Made by a program: the position numbers and the translations under genes. A stretch of 63,102 nt of DNA, the filler included, from Choristocarpus tenellus KU-1152 (lineage: Eukaryota; Protista; Phaeophyceae): NCBI GenBank assembly GCA_964200185.2. It is 9 parts of 9 records of this genome, joined end to end, with 100 filler letters (N's around TTAATTAATTAA, not from the genome) between each part and the next. Parts side by side here need not be neighbours in the genome. Positions count along the whole stretch, not along the records: positions 13,422 to 29,530 come from CAXNAD020000873.1; positions 29,631 to 36,058 come from CAXNAD020008160.1; positions 36,159 to 43,550 come from CAXNAD020006222.1; 6 more parts are not named here. One strand, 5' to 3'. Under the pieces are notes generated by a model, which worked only from the letters and a program-made list of their open reading frames with translations, searched no databases and was not told the DNA's origin. Below, one piece after another: positions 24,420 through 38,222 of this stretch. How positions within the stretch are numbered: the stretch's first letter is position 1; every line of letters begins with the position of its first letter.

Positions 24420-25200
24420 TTAAGCAAAACATACCATATGGTAAGCAGTCAATATATAATCTGCCTCAGATATGGCAGGAGATGATGTTCGTCGTATTGG
24501 AGAAGGGCACACAAATGAGTGTAAATCGACATTCTCAAGCTTCTGGCGGGACATGTCAATAACTGAAGAAAGCTCCGATCCAGTTGAGTTGGCTTGATCG
24601 AATCCTTTGGTCGAGCTGACAAAAAAAAATGCCACTCACAATTAATTGTTTTGATTAACAATAATCGCTACTTCAAAAAATTATATGATACACAAATGAT
24701 TCCTGAAAACATACAAATATTGGAGCATTCTAACTGTCTCGCTACTAGCCCATTCAACGGTAGATTGCACCACCTCTTTGCACCATCTCTTCGTGACAGA
24801 TTCCCAACCTCCCAATAATATATAGAGCGAAAACATTGTTGTCGTTCTGTTTTTCATTATATTTTGTCCAGGGAACACACCAAAGAGGAATTTCTGAGTG
24901 CTTTCGTAATACGACACGCACAAAGTCCTGGGGCACCACCATACTCGGTTCTTCCCCCAAGAAAAGATGTTCAAGAGTGATTTGGTGCTGTTCCAGTCCC
25001 CTTCCTGAACATAACACCACAACAGTTGGGGGAACAAGTGTGTTGATAGTTATGAGCACCTGAAGTACCCTAACCCTAGTCCAAATGGCACATCAGTAGT
25101 GCACACCATACCATGGCAGACAACCACTATAATAGCTTGATCCGTGCAAGTCAAGTGACCTCCCATCTAAATATTGAAAATAACAGTCAGGTAGATACTC
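24420..25200 (-). pseudogene. Decayed Sola-like DDD transposase
   Basis: Ordered remnants across frames: IVVVCHG, EGDWNSTKSLL, PRTLCVS, NEKQNDNNVFAL, VTKRWCKEV, FFVS..GSELSSVI. These resemble GV..HG / G.N.TI..L / P.TLY.Q.DN..ENKN..F / W.KEV / DQ.FS..T.SEL..I. Confidence 0.4.
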
Positions 25201-26792
25201 TCTGTCCGGAGTAGTAGCACTCTGCATGACCACACACCAATACCAAGTCATCCACGGTTTATAAGGAAGGGTCAGGGGTGACACTCACGTGCATAGGTAG
25301 CGGGCACTTTTTTTCAATCACCTACACCATCAACAAAAATCACATCCACTACTACCCGCCTTTCACCAACATGCTCCCTTTCAAGTGACTATCGCGAGGT
25401 TTGAGATTAACAGCCCTGGGCCGATGCCGATCGACCCAAGCGACCTGGTCGCCACAGATGGACGGAGAGGCCAGACCAGGACCTGAACTCAATCGGGCAT
25501 TCTGTCGTGCGGACAGTTTCTCACTGCCTGTCCTCTTGAGGTGACTGGGAATCATTGCCTTGGGAGTCTTGACCAGTGCAACAGCCTTGGACCGCTTCTG
25601 GTGGTGCAAGATGAGGTTGAACAGAGATTTGTTTCGAATAGTAAGAGCATAGTGAGTAGGTGTAATATATATACACCTCAATATGTGACTGGATGATATC
25701 CGCTAAATATATTTGAAACAACATCCCTAGTGGGATTGAGGTAGGGAGGTGCGCTTCTTTCTTCTATCAATAACATCTAACGATACAGGAAGAGCATAAT
25801 ATGCCTCACGTCATCATCTGGTTTGTTGTCGACCTGACAATCCAAGTCCTCCAGGGATTGGAGGGCTCTTGACACTGCCTTCAAGATGAATCGGACAGCA
25901 ATCTTCTGGGAACCCTCAGAGACCATCACATTACCCGTTCGCCTGAAGGACAAGATGAGATGCAAGGTGGGATGGTTTGTACAGTAAGATAATACAGAAT
26001 GCATAAGGGAGCCAAATCGTACCATAGGTGGCCACAGCAGGAAGGTCGTGCTTACTTTGATCTTGAATTAGTGACACTATCAATGCACAATATGAATCGT
26101 TACACCAGAGAAGTTATGACACAATTTGGCGAACAAGTAAGAAACAACTCTGCCAACTCAAAACGCTACAACAACAATTTCTTCACTACTGTTGGAAATA
26201 TTGTTCAAAGTAGAACTACTAGTGGATACCACATACACACACATATATATAGTGTGATCAATGGCCCAGCATGAAAGAACTAGTGGGCACATGGGGCTCT
26301 CTATATACTAATGGTATGATTGCTAGCTCTTGGCAGCCTCCACGAGTCGCTGACCTCATCTTGGGCGCCAACAGCACACCTTTTTTTCACATGTTCTAGG
26401 AGGTGTCGACTTCAGATAGCTCTGGATTTCCAAGCTAAAATGTATCGGAGTAGGGGACAGATTGAAGTACACGCTCGAGATACTGACGTCGTTCTTGTAA
26501 GGCGTGGGGCTCTACTGTGTGCGATAATCAGAGTACGTATGAATTGTATTATTGTACTACTTACAGCTGTGTGTGTGTCATTTAGGGCCCTTCGGTCTCC
26601 TACCTAAAACATGAGTGTTCTACCAATGTGATACGGTACTATTAATTGGTTTATAAGCATTAATAGTAGAGAGCAACCTGCCTCCTTCGATTTGCAATGC
26701 CATACGACACGTCTAACTGAAAATGCACTCCAAGCGTTGACAGAAACGTGGAAAAATAAATCCTATGGAAGCTTGTCGAACGAGAGTTGGTC

Positions 26793-28110
26793 TCACGTTA
26801 TCTGACCGTCGACTCTCTTGGCAATGATTGCCAATAGCTCCAGTATGGTTTGGGCCACCTCGTCGGTGCCAGGCCTCCTTTTGAATATGGTGGGGCTTGC
26901 CTTAAGGGCGGACGAACGAAACTTTATCACCCTCAAGAGCATTGACAGAGAGAGTTCTTCGCTCGATGCGACTTCCATCATACTAATGAGGGACTTTCTC
27001 GCCCCCACTATTGCTGCTCGCTTATTAACTAACAGATCCAAAGGCTTTGATCTCGGCTCCATTTCGTGGCAGGGCAGCGGTGGCACGTACTCATCAGCTA
27101 TCTGAGTTGGTGCGAGGAAAGGTTATTCGGGAGTTGTTCGAGGGCTTGTCAAGAGTCGATGGTACCTACTTTGTGTCGATCGACCAATAAAAGGCGCAGG
27201 TAGACGAAGGTCGGGAGAGTAGGGAAATTTGAGAAATGCGTAGCTCACTGCACACTACCTGGTGGAGGATATCCCCGTCGCAACCACCAGTACGCCTCAC
27301 CAACCCGCCGTCGGCGAGAGTCTGGGGCTAGGTGTACGTGGGCGAAGGATATTTGATGCGGAACGAGGTCCAAGACAACCCAGAATCCAGGCGAAAAAGT
27401 AACAGTGTCGGAAGAAGAAGAGGAAGTCAGGAACGAAGTCAACGGCAGTCAAGAGGTGAGGTGAGGGAAAACAATGCGATTAGACAGGGTGGGATCGGAG
27501 TGCGCAGCTTCCCTGAATGAATAACGCAAGGGGGCATGGTGCGTATTTGACATGGTCCCATACCTCGGCAGAACCTAATTTCCTGTTGGATGACAAACCG
27601 ATTAATCCATTAGTCGATCCCTTTCTTCTGAGCTCACTGTGAGAATGAAAGGGGTCGGGCATGTTCTGTCAGCGAAGGTAACATGTCACCCTGTGGACTT
27701 ACATTTTTCCCGGATATTCCCCAAAAAGCGCCCACTAGCATTGACGCCAGCATCCGAAACGCGTTGAACCTCACTTGTAGTTCCCCTCTCTCGATCCGCT
27801 TCGGGAGTCCATCGGAGAGGCCAATTGTCGATTTCCGCGGTCCAGAATGTCCTGAGCGCCGAGCCAAATGGTGTAGTCGATACCAACTGCCTCTCCTCCT
27901 GAAGAACATGTGTCTCCTGAAGAACGTTGTCTCTGTCTCTGGTACAACTTCTTGACTACAGGAGTTGTTGTACTATCCCCCACTTAATCCAAGGGGGGAA
28001 CTAGGAGAGTTCGAGAGGACCTTAGACACACCACTCGATCTTTGCCTGCTTGTGTGGTTCGTTGTGACGCCCAGTACAGAACTGATCGGTACCCGTCGTA
28101 GCCTTGGTTG
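26793..28110 (-). pseudogene. Decayed long reading frame of unknown (probably transposon accessory) protein
   Basis: Protein-like frame after acacacag acceptor, interrupted by scattered single stops; no recognisable domain. Confidence 0.3.
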
Positions 28111-28997
28111 ACCTGTGTGTGTTTGTAGTGGACAAGGTGATGCTACGGTGTTGTTGACCTCGGTTTGTTTAAGTTGAAAAAAAAATGGTGCGGCGAAATT
28201 GGTAGACAAATAACATATTGAATACAAAATATAAAAAAGGATATATGGAAGATTAGAGTTGTTGGGCTTTCATTTGGTTGACAAAAAAAATTACATTGTA
28301 TTATTCATACGTTTGTGATTATGTGAGAGTTGATATTGTATGTGGGAGATTGAAGCAATAGGGGCCAGTCGATGTGATCCATTATTAGTTTGTGCACGAG
28401 AGTACGTACTTATACGTAGTTCGATTTATTCAATTTAATATTGTGTTTAGTGACATTTTGTAGTTGTGTCAGGAAAAAAAGGAAGGTTTATGAAGTAATC
28501 TGAGTTTTGTGGGCGGAAGAATTCTGGTTGGTTGGAGGCACAAGGCAAGGAAGGGACAGTAAAGAAATAAAAGTATTAAGGAGGGAACGAAGAGTTAAAG
28601 ATTGAGTGGCTAAGAAAATAGGTGGCAGACGGAGGCACAAGGGGAGAAGGAATGAACAGTATTGGATCAAAGAGGAAACCTGAGGCTGGGGGACAAGACG
28701 AGGAGGGCTAGATCAAGAGGACCCCCGAGCAAGCTTTTCCACCCACCCACCCTGTCGCTTGCTCACGACCAACTTGGATCTTAGCGTAGGAGGGAAGGTC
28801 AAGTTCAGGCGGGGTAGATGCCTTCTAGCTCAAAGGCACAGTATGAAGGAGATGATGAAGGGGGGTTCTTGGATGATTGTGGAGTGGTGTTGAATGGTGT
28901 TGAACGGTGTGGTGGGGTGGTAACTGGTGTGGGGTTGACTAGAGTGGTGACTGATGTGGGGTTGACTGGGGTTGAATAGGGTTGAAAGGGGTTGTAG

Positions 28998-29150
28998 AGA
29001 CCGGAAATCAGTGGCGAAAGGGGTCGCACTGGTTGGTCATCGGATGTGGGGGTGACTGGAAATCAGCGGCGAAGGGGGTTCGCCCTGGTTGGTCATCAGA
29101 GGTGGACGGTGACTGGAAATCAGTAGCGAAGAGGTCACACTGGTTGGTCT
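28998..29150 (+). repeat. ~55-bp imperfect tandem repeat, three copies
   Basis: gac(c/t)ggaaatcag..gcgaa...ctggttggtc repeated three times. Confidence 0.85.
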
Positions 29151-29249
29151 CAAGGGCTGTTAGAATGTGGGGAGAAAAGGGAATAGGGAGGAATACAAAA
29201 TGCAGAATTAAATAATAATAATAATAATAATAATAATACTACAGAATTC

Positions 29250-29512
29250 GTGAGCAAAACAAACCAATTAAAACTATTCCCATGTCAGAATAACTCATAA
29301 AAAAGTAACAGTTGTCATAAATGTGAAGGCATTTATCTATTCACTATTTTACTACCACCTATGCTACACCACTCCCTTCCTGTGTCTCTAACCTAGATTA
29401 GTCCTGCACCCCAGGGTGAGGGGCTAGGGAAGCATCCCACGAATCTAACGAACCCCTCCTTGCCCATGTCCCTGGTGTCTCCAGCTTAAAGTGCATGACA
29501 CGTCTGGATAGG
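29250..29512 (-). repeat. Dispersed ~300-bp repeat family F (no clear TIR)
   Basis: Reverse complement of 34952-35172 and 50200-50492. Confidence 0.88.
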
Positions 29513-29530
29513 GGGTCAAAGTATCTGGGG
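29513..29530 (+). mobile_element. MITE family B start, truncated by gap
   Basis: gggtcaaagtatctgggg. Confidence 0.7.
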
Positions 29531-29630
29531 NNNNNNNNNNNNNNNNNNNNNNNNNNNNNNNNNNNNNNNNNNNNTTAATTAATTAANNNNNNNNNNNNNN
29601 NNNNNNNNNNNNNNNNNNNNNNNNNNNNNN

Positions 29631-29687
29631 GTCGTTGGATTTGAGTTGTACATCCTGGAAGGTGAGCATTGAGGGGCGCCTGTAACA
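29631..29687 (+). mobile_element. LTR end (same family as 42478-43057), truncated by gap, opposite orientation
   Basis: Reverse complement of 42478-42535; ends cgcctgtaaca. Confidence 0.85.
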
Positions 29688-30964
29688 ATTCAACCTCCCG
29701 AGTACTTGGAAGTAGTGCTGGTATGGAGAGAGTATCGCCACAAGGGAGTGAAACACAAATCTGGTGTGCGATTTTCCTCTGTACTGTCTGCCTTGTTCAA
29801 GACAAACAGGCTAAGTTCGATAAATTCCTTATTCCGTATTAGGGTGCTTACCGGGAGGTGAGGAACATCACCCCAATTATGTAGATCTGTCACAATGTTG
29901 CGTTCAGTTGTACATTGAACCTAGAAACGATAATTTTCAAGCTGAGGGTCGACTTTGATTTCAATTTCGGGATTTCAATTGTGCAAGCGTTTATCGGTAT
30001 CAACACACAGCGGTTAACTGTATACCTATGTTTGACTTTTTCGTACGCTCCTGTTAGAAGAGCGTATTAATAGTATCATAAGTCACACACGCCTTCCTTT
30101 CCCGTTCTTCTATCTGGACCAAATCCGAAGGAAGATCTCCCACTAAACGGGCACCAAAGTTGGGTGTAATACAATATCCCATCATGCCCCGAATGGACGA
30201 CCTGGGCGAACCACCCCCCCACCCTCTAGCATAATATGAAGGTGAATCTAGATAAAAGAGGGAAGAATTCGAGTAGTTGATCAGGCTCTGACTTTGCGAA
30301 AAAGTCCTACCTCGTACGTTCTGTATCGAGTAGTGGACTCTATTGTAGCAGGGCTCGTACATTTTACCACAAATATAGGTAGGTGGTAGTTGGTCTACCT
30401 TTCTCTTTGTGTCTTTGTAACATGCGATTAGGGTGTATGTATTGCTACCCACAACTAACAAGTGCAAGTGGCAAGTATGCGCACAGACAGAGACCAAAAG
30501 AGGAACATTCCAGTCGCTGAAATCTCAGTGTGAATTCTACAGCTTGATATCATTCTGCAATTTTCAGTTGTTGTATTGAGACTTCTGAAGGCTCACGACT
30601 CCACATATATTACCCAGTAGAGGATAATCAGCATGCACACCTCAATTGTAGTGAGTCTTCAGTCGTACATTTAACTTTAGGATAACTATATGTTTGTCTC
30701 GCAGCTTGATAATCATCCACTTTCGTTGGTTATTCAGGCATTGACACGTCCCAGGCACTGTCATGGACCTTCACCATCTGCTTACATTCCTGTGGATTGG
30801 AGCTACATATCCCATCAGGGTAAGCTGCTGGCAGGGTTTTGAAATATTCTATTCATATATCGTGGCACAAATATATAACTATAGTCTAGGCTCCTCCAAG
30901 AAGTAATCAGGTGGCCTATTAAGTTATGAAGTCATGCACAGACCGCATACAAGTCTTGTAGTTT

Positions 30965-31541
30965 TGTTGCAGCGTGCCCCTCAGAGCTCACCTCCACAGG
31001 ATATGTAACTCAAATCCAACGACCTTAAAACGACGCTATGGGGGCATTGCCCTTGATAACAGTTTGTAGGTGTCAGGTGTCCTTCTCTTCTTGATATTCC
31101 ACTCAGTGCTTAGCTCAAAGCTCGACTCAGAGTTCCGTTCAAGATAAAAGATAAGACTGGTAGGTAACAGGGGTCAAGATGTTTCACCAAACGTCCTATG
31201 CAACTGCTCTAAACGTACTCCAATCATAAACCTTTATTCTGCAACTTCTTAGGGACTTTGACATTTTCTTCTGTAATGCTACGTACGCCTTCCAAATCTT
31301 ACTCTGTATCTTCTATGAAATCATCATTTGTTCTGTAAGGCTACCTATGTGTTACCAACACATGTATCGTATATTGTTCGCACTTATTTGAACGAGAGAA
31401 ACAATCCTCCCACTATACATCTGTCACAAATGCTCGTGTTTGCTAATACATGAGAAGAAATGCTCGCACAATTCGCGTGTAACAAATGCTCACACTTCGT
31501 TGGAACACAAGAAGAAATGCTCGCGTTATTCGCCTGTAACA
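30965..31541 (-). mobile_element. Solo LTR
   Basis: TG...CA; collinear with 42478-43057; flanks gttt/gtct (possible 4-bp TSD); no PBS or PPT adjacent. Confidence 0.88.
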
Positions 31542-34146
31542 GTCTGTATTGTTTGACAAAATGTTGATTGTATGTTATTTGGGTTGGCTGGGAGTCGCCC
31601 CCGATATTTTCCATCTGCTTTTTGAAGCACATTGACCAACTTATTCACCATTTTTGTGTGCGATTTGAGGGATTACACTTCAACACTGTATACGTGTGTA
31701 GTATGAGCAAACATATCATGCGTGCAAGTACTCGTAAATGTATATAAATACATATTGAAGTACGAAGTCAGATCCTTTTTGGAATACTGTATGAATATAA
31801 ATTCTATGGCACAATAGTTAAATATGGGATAGACAGATCATCCTGCTGATTTGGCTACATGCATAGATCCTGCTGCATTTTTAAGTACAATTATCGGCAG
31901 TAAGCCAATTAATTAGAAAACATCTATTGACAGGAGGTTTTCCAAAACATAAAGTATAATCTTTCAAAACATCTCAAAAAGATTTATCAAAAGGGATATT
32001 GACACGATCTGCGCAACATGCCTTTATTAAAACCCTACAAAAAAACATTTTTATTTTATTTTATTCCCTCTGGGATGTTACACAAAATCTCCCTAAAAGA
32101 GCATTTTTCAAAGGAGGTTTTGTGTTTTTCTGTGTACAATTTTGTTTTGAAGTCCTGAAATAATTATTCTGAACTTTTGGAGGAGGTTTCGGAATCCCAA
32201 GGAATACTTCAAAAGGTGACCTTTCGAAATCCTAAGTATCTTGGTCTTGGAGCACACCTCAAAAGGTTCAAAAGGTGATTTGTGGAGCCTATGACCTCAT
32301 ATTCTCTAAATTATACTAACAAAAAGGGGGGGTCTATCTCCGCCTGTGACAACCCTAATAATCGAGGGAGGTTTGATGCAACATACACCTCCCACAACCC
32401 ACAGGCTATCTCCACTGCAACAAACTGCAACAAACTGCTTCGCTGAAGGCGATGGATCGAGATTTTATTTCCGTGGTAATGATAATGCTCTGCTCTGATA
32501 AACATCGACCGTCGTTTTGTGTGAGCTCTTTGCACCCTGACTGACTTCACTACCAGCTTATACCCACACTACTTGGTATCGTTACTAATTTGTACACGCA
32601 AGAACCATATCGCAACAGGGGTGCCTTACTAAGATGCCACTGTGCTTACAAATGGAAGAGTAGTGCGATATTGACCAATCAATGCGAAGTAATGTCTACG
32701 AGGCAAGGAAAGGGAGGGTGGGTCCTTCTCTCAATATTAGAGCTCTGCAGGAACACTGCCATTTTTTCTGACCGAAGGTAAAAATACCCATACATGCATC
32801 TTTATAGGACTCTACGGGTAGGGTAATCGACAGGTTCCGTACATGGCAACATATTAATCGACGATGGTGGTGTAACTCTTCTACAAATGTGAAATGACAT
32901 GGAGATAGTGTTAGTGTGGCAAATGTTTAAGCTTTCCTACCGTGGAGTGTCTCTATATAACTTGCGAAACAGCATCTAGATCCTTAAAGACGCCTACGAC
33001 TTAGAAGTCTTAGGCATGATGCACAAGTAGTCACAACTACAGCGGTAAATATAATTTGTTCCAGAAAGGAGTTGTGACGTGCACATGAACAGTTCAAGAT
33101 CTCTCCAACAGTTTGTAGCCCATTTGACTGTTTTGCGTGTGTCAATGAAGGTATATATTCTGCTTTATTATAGGGAGAAGAATCTCAGGAGGGGCAGAAA
33201 AACTCACATGTAGCTGTAGACTCAAACTGTTTTTTTAGTCAGACCCAACGGAAGTTCTTTGCACACTAAGTGATATGGGAAGAAGCACAAACGTAAATAA
33301 TTTCCTACTTGACATAAATAGGGCACCCGGCTAATACTCAAAACTTCATAACTAGTGTACAAGGGAAGTACATGTATCAGTGGCCTTTTGCAGATAGATC
33401 AACAGCAACCCAAGGTGGTTTGCACATTGTATACCATCAGTATTAAAATTGTACGTTGTTAGGAGTGCCCGAGATTACTTACTCCTTTGTATATGTATTT
33501 ATATATTGTATATACAGATTGCGTATGCAGCTTGTGAAACGGCATGCATCGTGAGAAGGTCCTGAACCAACAAATAGGTATTTCTGCTTCCACGAAATCC
33601 TACCTGGCACACAACAAAAGAACGACCTTAATGGGGGATCGCAATAAAGCCGATTTGTGCATTTTATTGTCTATAGCCGCCGCAAATCAATCAATAGAGA
33701 AAGCTGAAAGAACTATGTTTGTTCGTGGAACTTGATATGAACATTTGTACTTACATTGGTTCTATTTAGTTACCATCGAGCTCTACTACTATATATTGCA
33801 CCACAATCGCCCACCTCTCATCCCCTTCTAGCTTGTAATATCCCCATTGGAAATACAATGGAGTCACTGTTACTGTTATCTTACCCTAATACTATAGGTC
33901 CTACTGATGGTGCATACCATTGCTACCTGAACGAAAACTCCCATAACATCCAGGAAGTCACAGCAACACAAGCTCAACTATCGCTCACGGGAAAGAGTTA
34001 GAATGCGTCCCCAGTGGTAATCATTGCTTTCATTAATCAAAGTCAAGTACGCAAGGGACTTCTCAATTTTATTCCCAATTATTTTACTTCCCCTGAGACG
34101 ATCTCTTTTATCTGAGCCGACCACCTTCTCACCAGATGGCCTCTAT

Positions 34147-34276
34147 CTTGTACTGGACTTGCTCCATGTTGAACTCAACGGCTGTTATTGTGTGGACATT
34201 TTCGCCCAAGTGAAGTTTGTACAGTATTGTACGTCTTTCCTGCAGCATCCAGACCCAGCATAACAAGTCATATTTC
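34147..34276 (-). pseudogene. ADP-ribosylation factor (ARF/ARL) family pseudo-exon
   Basis: caacag| EI*LVMLGLDAAGKT[+1 frameshift]TILYKLHLGENVHTITAVEFNMEQVQYK; donor reads AT instead of GT. Confidence 0.88.
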
Positions 34277-34951
34277 CTGTTGCAGGTTAGCAATCGATTG
34301 CGAACAATAATTATAGGAGGTTTAGAGTGCACAAGGAACCCTTGTCTAAAGAAACCACTGCTATAACATACTCGTTCCATTTCTCCAAACAATAATTATA
34401 AATATTTTTCACTTATGGGTCAGGGTTAGGGTTAGAAATTAAAAAAATGTGATAAAAAAAGTGAAAGGGAGATCATGGCGGTGGATCCTTGAGAGGTGGG
34501 TGGTTCCTCAGTGTGCACTCTACACCTGAATAAAACTGACAAACTTCACACAGAACATTTCCTTGGTTGGTTTGAGGTATTTATCACACACAAGTCAGGG
34601 TTAGGGCAGTACTTGTTCTAGGAGTTAGTAAGTGTAGCGTGAGGTTATTCAGAACAAGAAAAATGACATAATGGAGTATCGGGTCACTACAGGGACCTAT
34701 TTTCCTTCGCACCATACGGTGAATTCTCAAACACCAGAATTATTACGTCGATTATTTGGTTCTAAACAAGATGAAGAATGCCCACAGCATCTGACAGAAA
34801 TAATAGTTTGGGCGAGTTGACATGCAAAGAGGAAGTGTTCTAGGTGAGTTGGCTACGTACGCAGTAGGGGAGAGAGGGACAGGAGGCTACAGCAGGAAAT
34901 GGGCTGTCAAATCCTGTCTAGTACAGATAGTATAGGTCACAACACAAGTAA

Positions 34952-35172
34952 CTCTATCAAGACGTGTCATACGTTTTAAGCTGGAGACACCAGAGATATG
35001 GGCAAGGAGGCGCTTATTAGATTCTTGGGATGCCTTCCCTAGCTTCTCACCCTGGGGTGTAGGGCTAAGCTAAGTTGGAGGCACAGGAGGGTAGTGGTGT
35101 AGCATAGCTGATCGTAACATAGTAAACGATAAAAAAAAGGCCTTTCACATTTGTGACAACTGTTACTTTTTC
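34952..35172 (+). repeat. Dispersed repeat family F
   Basis: Similar to 50200-50410. Confidence 0.88.
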
Positions 35173-35685
35173 ACGGGTTCTTGTCCAAAATTAGGACAAT
35201 CGTTAAGGTGTACCCTGCTTTTGTGAATGTAAGATTGTGGTATTGAATTGAAGTCGATGTGATGTGTAACTAATGACATACAGTGCTGGCAGTCACCTCT
35301 AGGATGATACCAATCATGATTGTTTTGAAAAGGTTGCCGAACGATTTCAACGACGACCAACCTATCGATTGAAAGCTCTTTACCTAAGCTATCGATTCCA
35401 GCAAAGGAATTCTTTCGAAAAATTATTTTGGTAAGGTTAAAATTCAGCCGAATCTTTTCGACACATTCTTGAAAATATTCCGGAATGAATTATCATGACC
35501 AAAAATATCTTTCCGAAATAATTACTTCGCGTAAATCGATAGCCTAGATCCAGAGCTTTTATTCGATATGCTGATTGTCGATTGACTCGTTGGGCAACCT
35601 TTTTTCAAAAAGATTGGTCACCGCCACAACAGTATGTGGGCTAACTTCGGCTTAATACTGTTTAAGCCACTCGCAGGACACGATT

Positions 35686-35990
35686 CTGGTTGAGCGTCGG
35701 CCAGAACACTGCTTAATGATTCCAAAGCACAACGTGAATTGAACCCAATAGAGATGGTCTGGGGGCGGGTGAAGCACTATGTACGAGGTCTCTGTGACTA
35801 CATGTTGCCGAATGAAAGTCAACATTCCTGTCAGTCTTAAGGAGGAAAGGGGGCTCTGTCCAGAGTATTTGTGGAGAGGTTCTTCAGGTTGGGCATTGCT
35901 TACCACCTGATATACTCCAACGAGAAAGGCATGGGGTGCATAAAATTGGACAGGGTGTACAAGACAGTTAGAAGTCTCACAGGAGGCCGG
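35686..35990 (+). mobile_element. Decayed IS630-Tc1-mariner transposase C-terminus (PKFHCELNPIE...KSHRR type)
   Basis: HCLMIPK / ELNPIEMVWGRVKHYVRGLCDY / ERFFR...Y / KSHRRP across frameshifts. Confidence 0.82.
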
Positions 35991-36339
35991 CACCTTCAGA
36001 ATAACTCATTTGACTTGGCATGGATTGTCTGGTTCAGAGGCCTGGGCCCCCATGAGTGNNNNNNNNNNNNNNNNNNNNNNNNNNNNNNNNNNNNNNNNNN
36101 NNTTAATTAATTAANNNNNNNNNNNNNNNNNNNNNNNNNNNNNNNNNNNNNNNNNNNNGCGATCGGTGGGACCACCCTGAGATCCCACCAATCCTGAAAA
36201 TCTGTGCGTTACATCTTTCAGAAGTTGTAAATCAGATTATATCCGTGATTTCTATTTCTAAAAAATACAATTATATCAGTAGTAATTTATATTCTTCAAG
36301 ATACCAATCACATACTTATTTATCTTGTATGTTTCCAAT

Positions 36340-36589
36340 GTACAGATTTTTGCCCTGTTTGTCCGTTTGGGGCTTGACTTCCCACGTTTTTTTAAAAGAC
36401 ATTTTCCTACTCCGAAATATTTTAGAGTAGGTGAAATATTTATGTTATGAAAAGGTGTGTATGGAACAAGGATATTGACTCTCCCTAACGTACACAACAG
36501 TCAAAATTAAATCAAAATTGCAACGTTGGATTTGCCCCAAACAGACAACACAAACAGACTCGACCTTAACCTCTAAGATACTTTGACTC
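36340..36589 (+). mobile_element. MITE family A, 5'-truncated
   Basis: Family A interior plus right TIR ctctaagatactttgactc. Confidence 0.9.
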
Positions 36590-37029
36590 ACATAGCGATT
36601 GTCATAAACGTAAAAGTCGTAAAAGTCGATAAAAAGTGACTCTTTACGAATTAGTGGTTACCACAAACCACTTTTAAGAGTTAGGCCAATTTACACGTGC
36701 GTTAGGGTTTTTTTAATACCAAGAATGCACTTTAGGGGTCTCACACGTTTCCAACTTTCAGAAAACCTAAGAAATCCTTCCAACTGGTACCCACTCTTTA
36801 AATAAACCCTAAATCCACTTTTTGGCGTCTTTAGGATTTAAATAAACACTAGATAACATAAAAAAGCGGATCTATGTTATTCGCGGTTACCGGCAACCTT
36901 GTTTACCGTTGAACACTCAGAACACGTGCGTTAGGGTTTTTCCAAAAGTAGAATGATATTCTAATCTTTACACCAACAAATACAGATACATACCACATCC
37001 TTCATTGATCTAATACGTTCGAAACGTAC

Positions 37030-38220
37030 GAAACTACATAGTGTTGAGCTTCAGCCCATAGGGAGTCGGTCTTGGGGATGGTGACATGGGGAAAACGTAG
37101 TGGAGCTTGAAGGCGGGCAGCTAATGAAGCTTCATCAATAATACCCAGCATTCGTTCAGCAACCCCATTAAATTGAGGGCTGTCTGCAGGTGTGAACTCC
37201 TGTTTTATCCCCCGATCACGACAAAGAGCGCCGAAAGCACCCTCATAAAATTCCCCCCCATTATCAGACCGCACACACATGACCCGAGAGGGAGTACCAT
37301 CAGCCCGGATATCGGCCAGGTACTTCTTGAAGGCTTCGGCAGCATCCGACTTTGCACGAAGGAAATACAACCAAACAAAACGAGAATAATCGTCCCGAAT
37401 TATCATGGTGTATTGCTTACCACCGATTGAAAGGGTAGCCCTCTTCCCACTTAGGTCAACAAAAACCCGATCCAGGCTTCTTACCGCCCTTGTAGACGTG
37501 CTGTATGCCCTTGTTCATAGAGCAGCCCGCACATGGCTCCAGCTCACCCACCAATGTAATGCCCATTGAAGTGGCGGTGGACTTGAGCAATGCCTCGTGT
37601 GCGTGGTAATAAGAGCGGTGGAAGAGGTTAATGTCGATCTCCATGTGGGGAGCGTGGGGTGCAAGCGAGGGGGCTATAGTGATAGTGGCCTTTAAAGCTT
37701 CAGCATTTCGATCTAGTCGCGGCAATATGCGTTGACGATGGAGGGTGTAGTGGCAACCAGGATCTCTTGTGAAGGTAAGTACTCCATCTAATAGCGAGAA
37801 TGTGCTGGCTGTGAAAATGCCTTTAGCACCCTTATCAGCTGCTGCTTGGCAAGAGAAAAGGTTGAACCCGAGATCAGGGACATGGGCGACATTCTGAAGG
37901 AGTATTTCTACCTCCTTGTTGTCACGTGACAGAGACAAGATGGTTAGATCACCATGACCAGCGATGCAAAATGAATTTTGGCTAGCAGTGACTACCCTTT
38001 GGTCTCCAACACAAGGCTTATAATTAGTCGTGGATTTTACCATATTTGGTTCGTGAGATGAAGCCGCACTGTCCAAAATCCATTCTTCTCTCTCACAGCT
38101 AACCCCAACACTTGACACCAAACATTCGTTTTCGCCACACTTGCCTGGAGCATTGCTGCTCGGAGAGTCCCCAGTGGCGACCAGTAGTGCGTATTGCTTG
38201 TTGTCGCCGCAGTTGGTGGT
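37030..38220 (-). mobile_element. Ty1/Copia fragment: protease, GAG-pre-integrase and integrase core
   Basis: WILDSAASSH; FHRSYYHAH..CAGC; IIRDDYSRF, VRSDNGGEF, PQFNGVAER, LWAEA; one frameshift near 37480; truncated before RT. Confidence 0.95.
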
Positions 38221-38222
38221 AC

